This document shows, piece after piece, positions 63,615 through 64,000 of a stretch of DNA of 64,000 nucleotides; positions within the stretch are counted from its first letter, which is position 1; each line of letters opens with the position of its first letter. Both the position numbers and the translations under genes were made by a program. The DNA comes from the human T2T-CHM13v2.0 reference genome, Homo sapiens, in assembly GCF_009914755.1 (NCBI RefSeq), contig NC_060928.1. One strand, written 5' to 3'. A model generated the notes under the pieces. It did no database searches, was not told the DNA's origin, and saw only the letters and a list, made by a program, of their open reading frames with translations.

Positions 63615-64000
63615 TGTAAGAGTTAAATAAAGAGGAAAGAAACACGAAAGACAGGTTTATTTTGGAGAATAAACCTGAGAGGGGCTTCTGGCCGATTTCA
63701 GTCAGGAGCACTCTCTCTTACAGACTAAAGAGTATTTATTGGTTTTAGGGTGAGAGAGCTTATCACAGGCTTGGAATGTTTCTGTGTGGAGGAGAAGTTT
63801 ATTGCAAGGTTGGAATGTCTCCGATCAGAGGGGAGGTTATCTTGGGGCTCACATCTCTCTGGCTGGAGGGGAGGTTATCTCGGGGCTGGCTTGTCTCTGG
63901 TCGGGGAGGGATTTATCTTAGGGTTGGAACGTTTCTAGTTGGAGATGTCATTTGTGGTTTATGGTCTTACTGACTTCAGCTATTAGGCTGATGCCCTTTG
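63615..64000 (-). mobile_element. ERV1-class LTR, runs off the window; subfamily not determined
   Basis: TGTAAGAGTTAAA…gacaggtttatttt (minus-strand AATAAA)…gagtatttatt (TATA-like), plus internal repeats ggttggaatgt and gaggggaggttatct. Confidence 0.65.

Overview
Human (primate) genomic DNA lying wholly inside the SNX25 (sorting nexin 25) gene, transcribed on the + strand. Six internal coding exons (3723-3895, 6254-6440, 27299-27369, 49924-50105, 60023-60154, 62818-63090) have GT-AG boundaries and compatible phases. They splice into one open frame (…RHEEQPRPFVLHACLRNSDDEVRFLQ…LRYQIVVEIIQATT…KGKETAAMKADLL…QKILQFEDILAN…NKNEIPQLVGE…NKDEM) covering the end of the PXA domain and the RGS domain. The rest is intron packed with Alus, L1/L2/MIR remnants, MaLR/ERV LTRs and DNA-transposon fossils. 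Nearly all other ORFs in the track are Alu-derived or chance. I found no prokaryotic-type system and no new protein-coding gene. The best leads: (1) a TSD-flanked 'orphan' 3' transduction (A-tail + AluSp + ~80 bp unique tag + poly(A)) inside a MER4-type LTR, resembling the cargo of the human-specific SVA_F1 source lineage; (2) an L1PA insertion carrying an ~80-nt 3' transduction; (3) a consensus-matching AluYa5; (4) a 360-nt two-exon unit flanked by inverted Alus that would give a stop-free circRNA; (5) exons that recreate 5' splice sites after splicing; (6) several compact regulatory motif clusters. Repeat subfamily names come from remembered consensus sequences and repeat boundaries are approximate.
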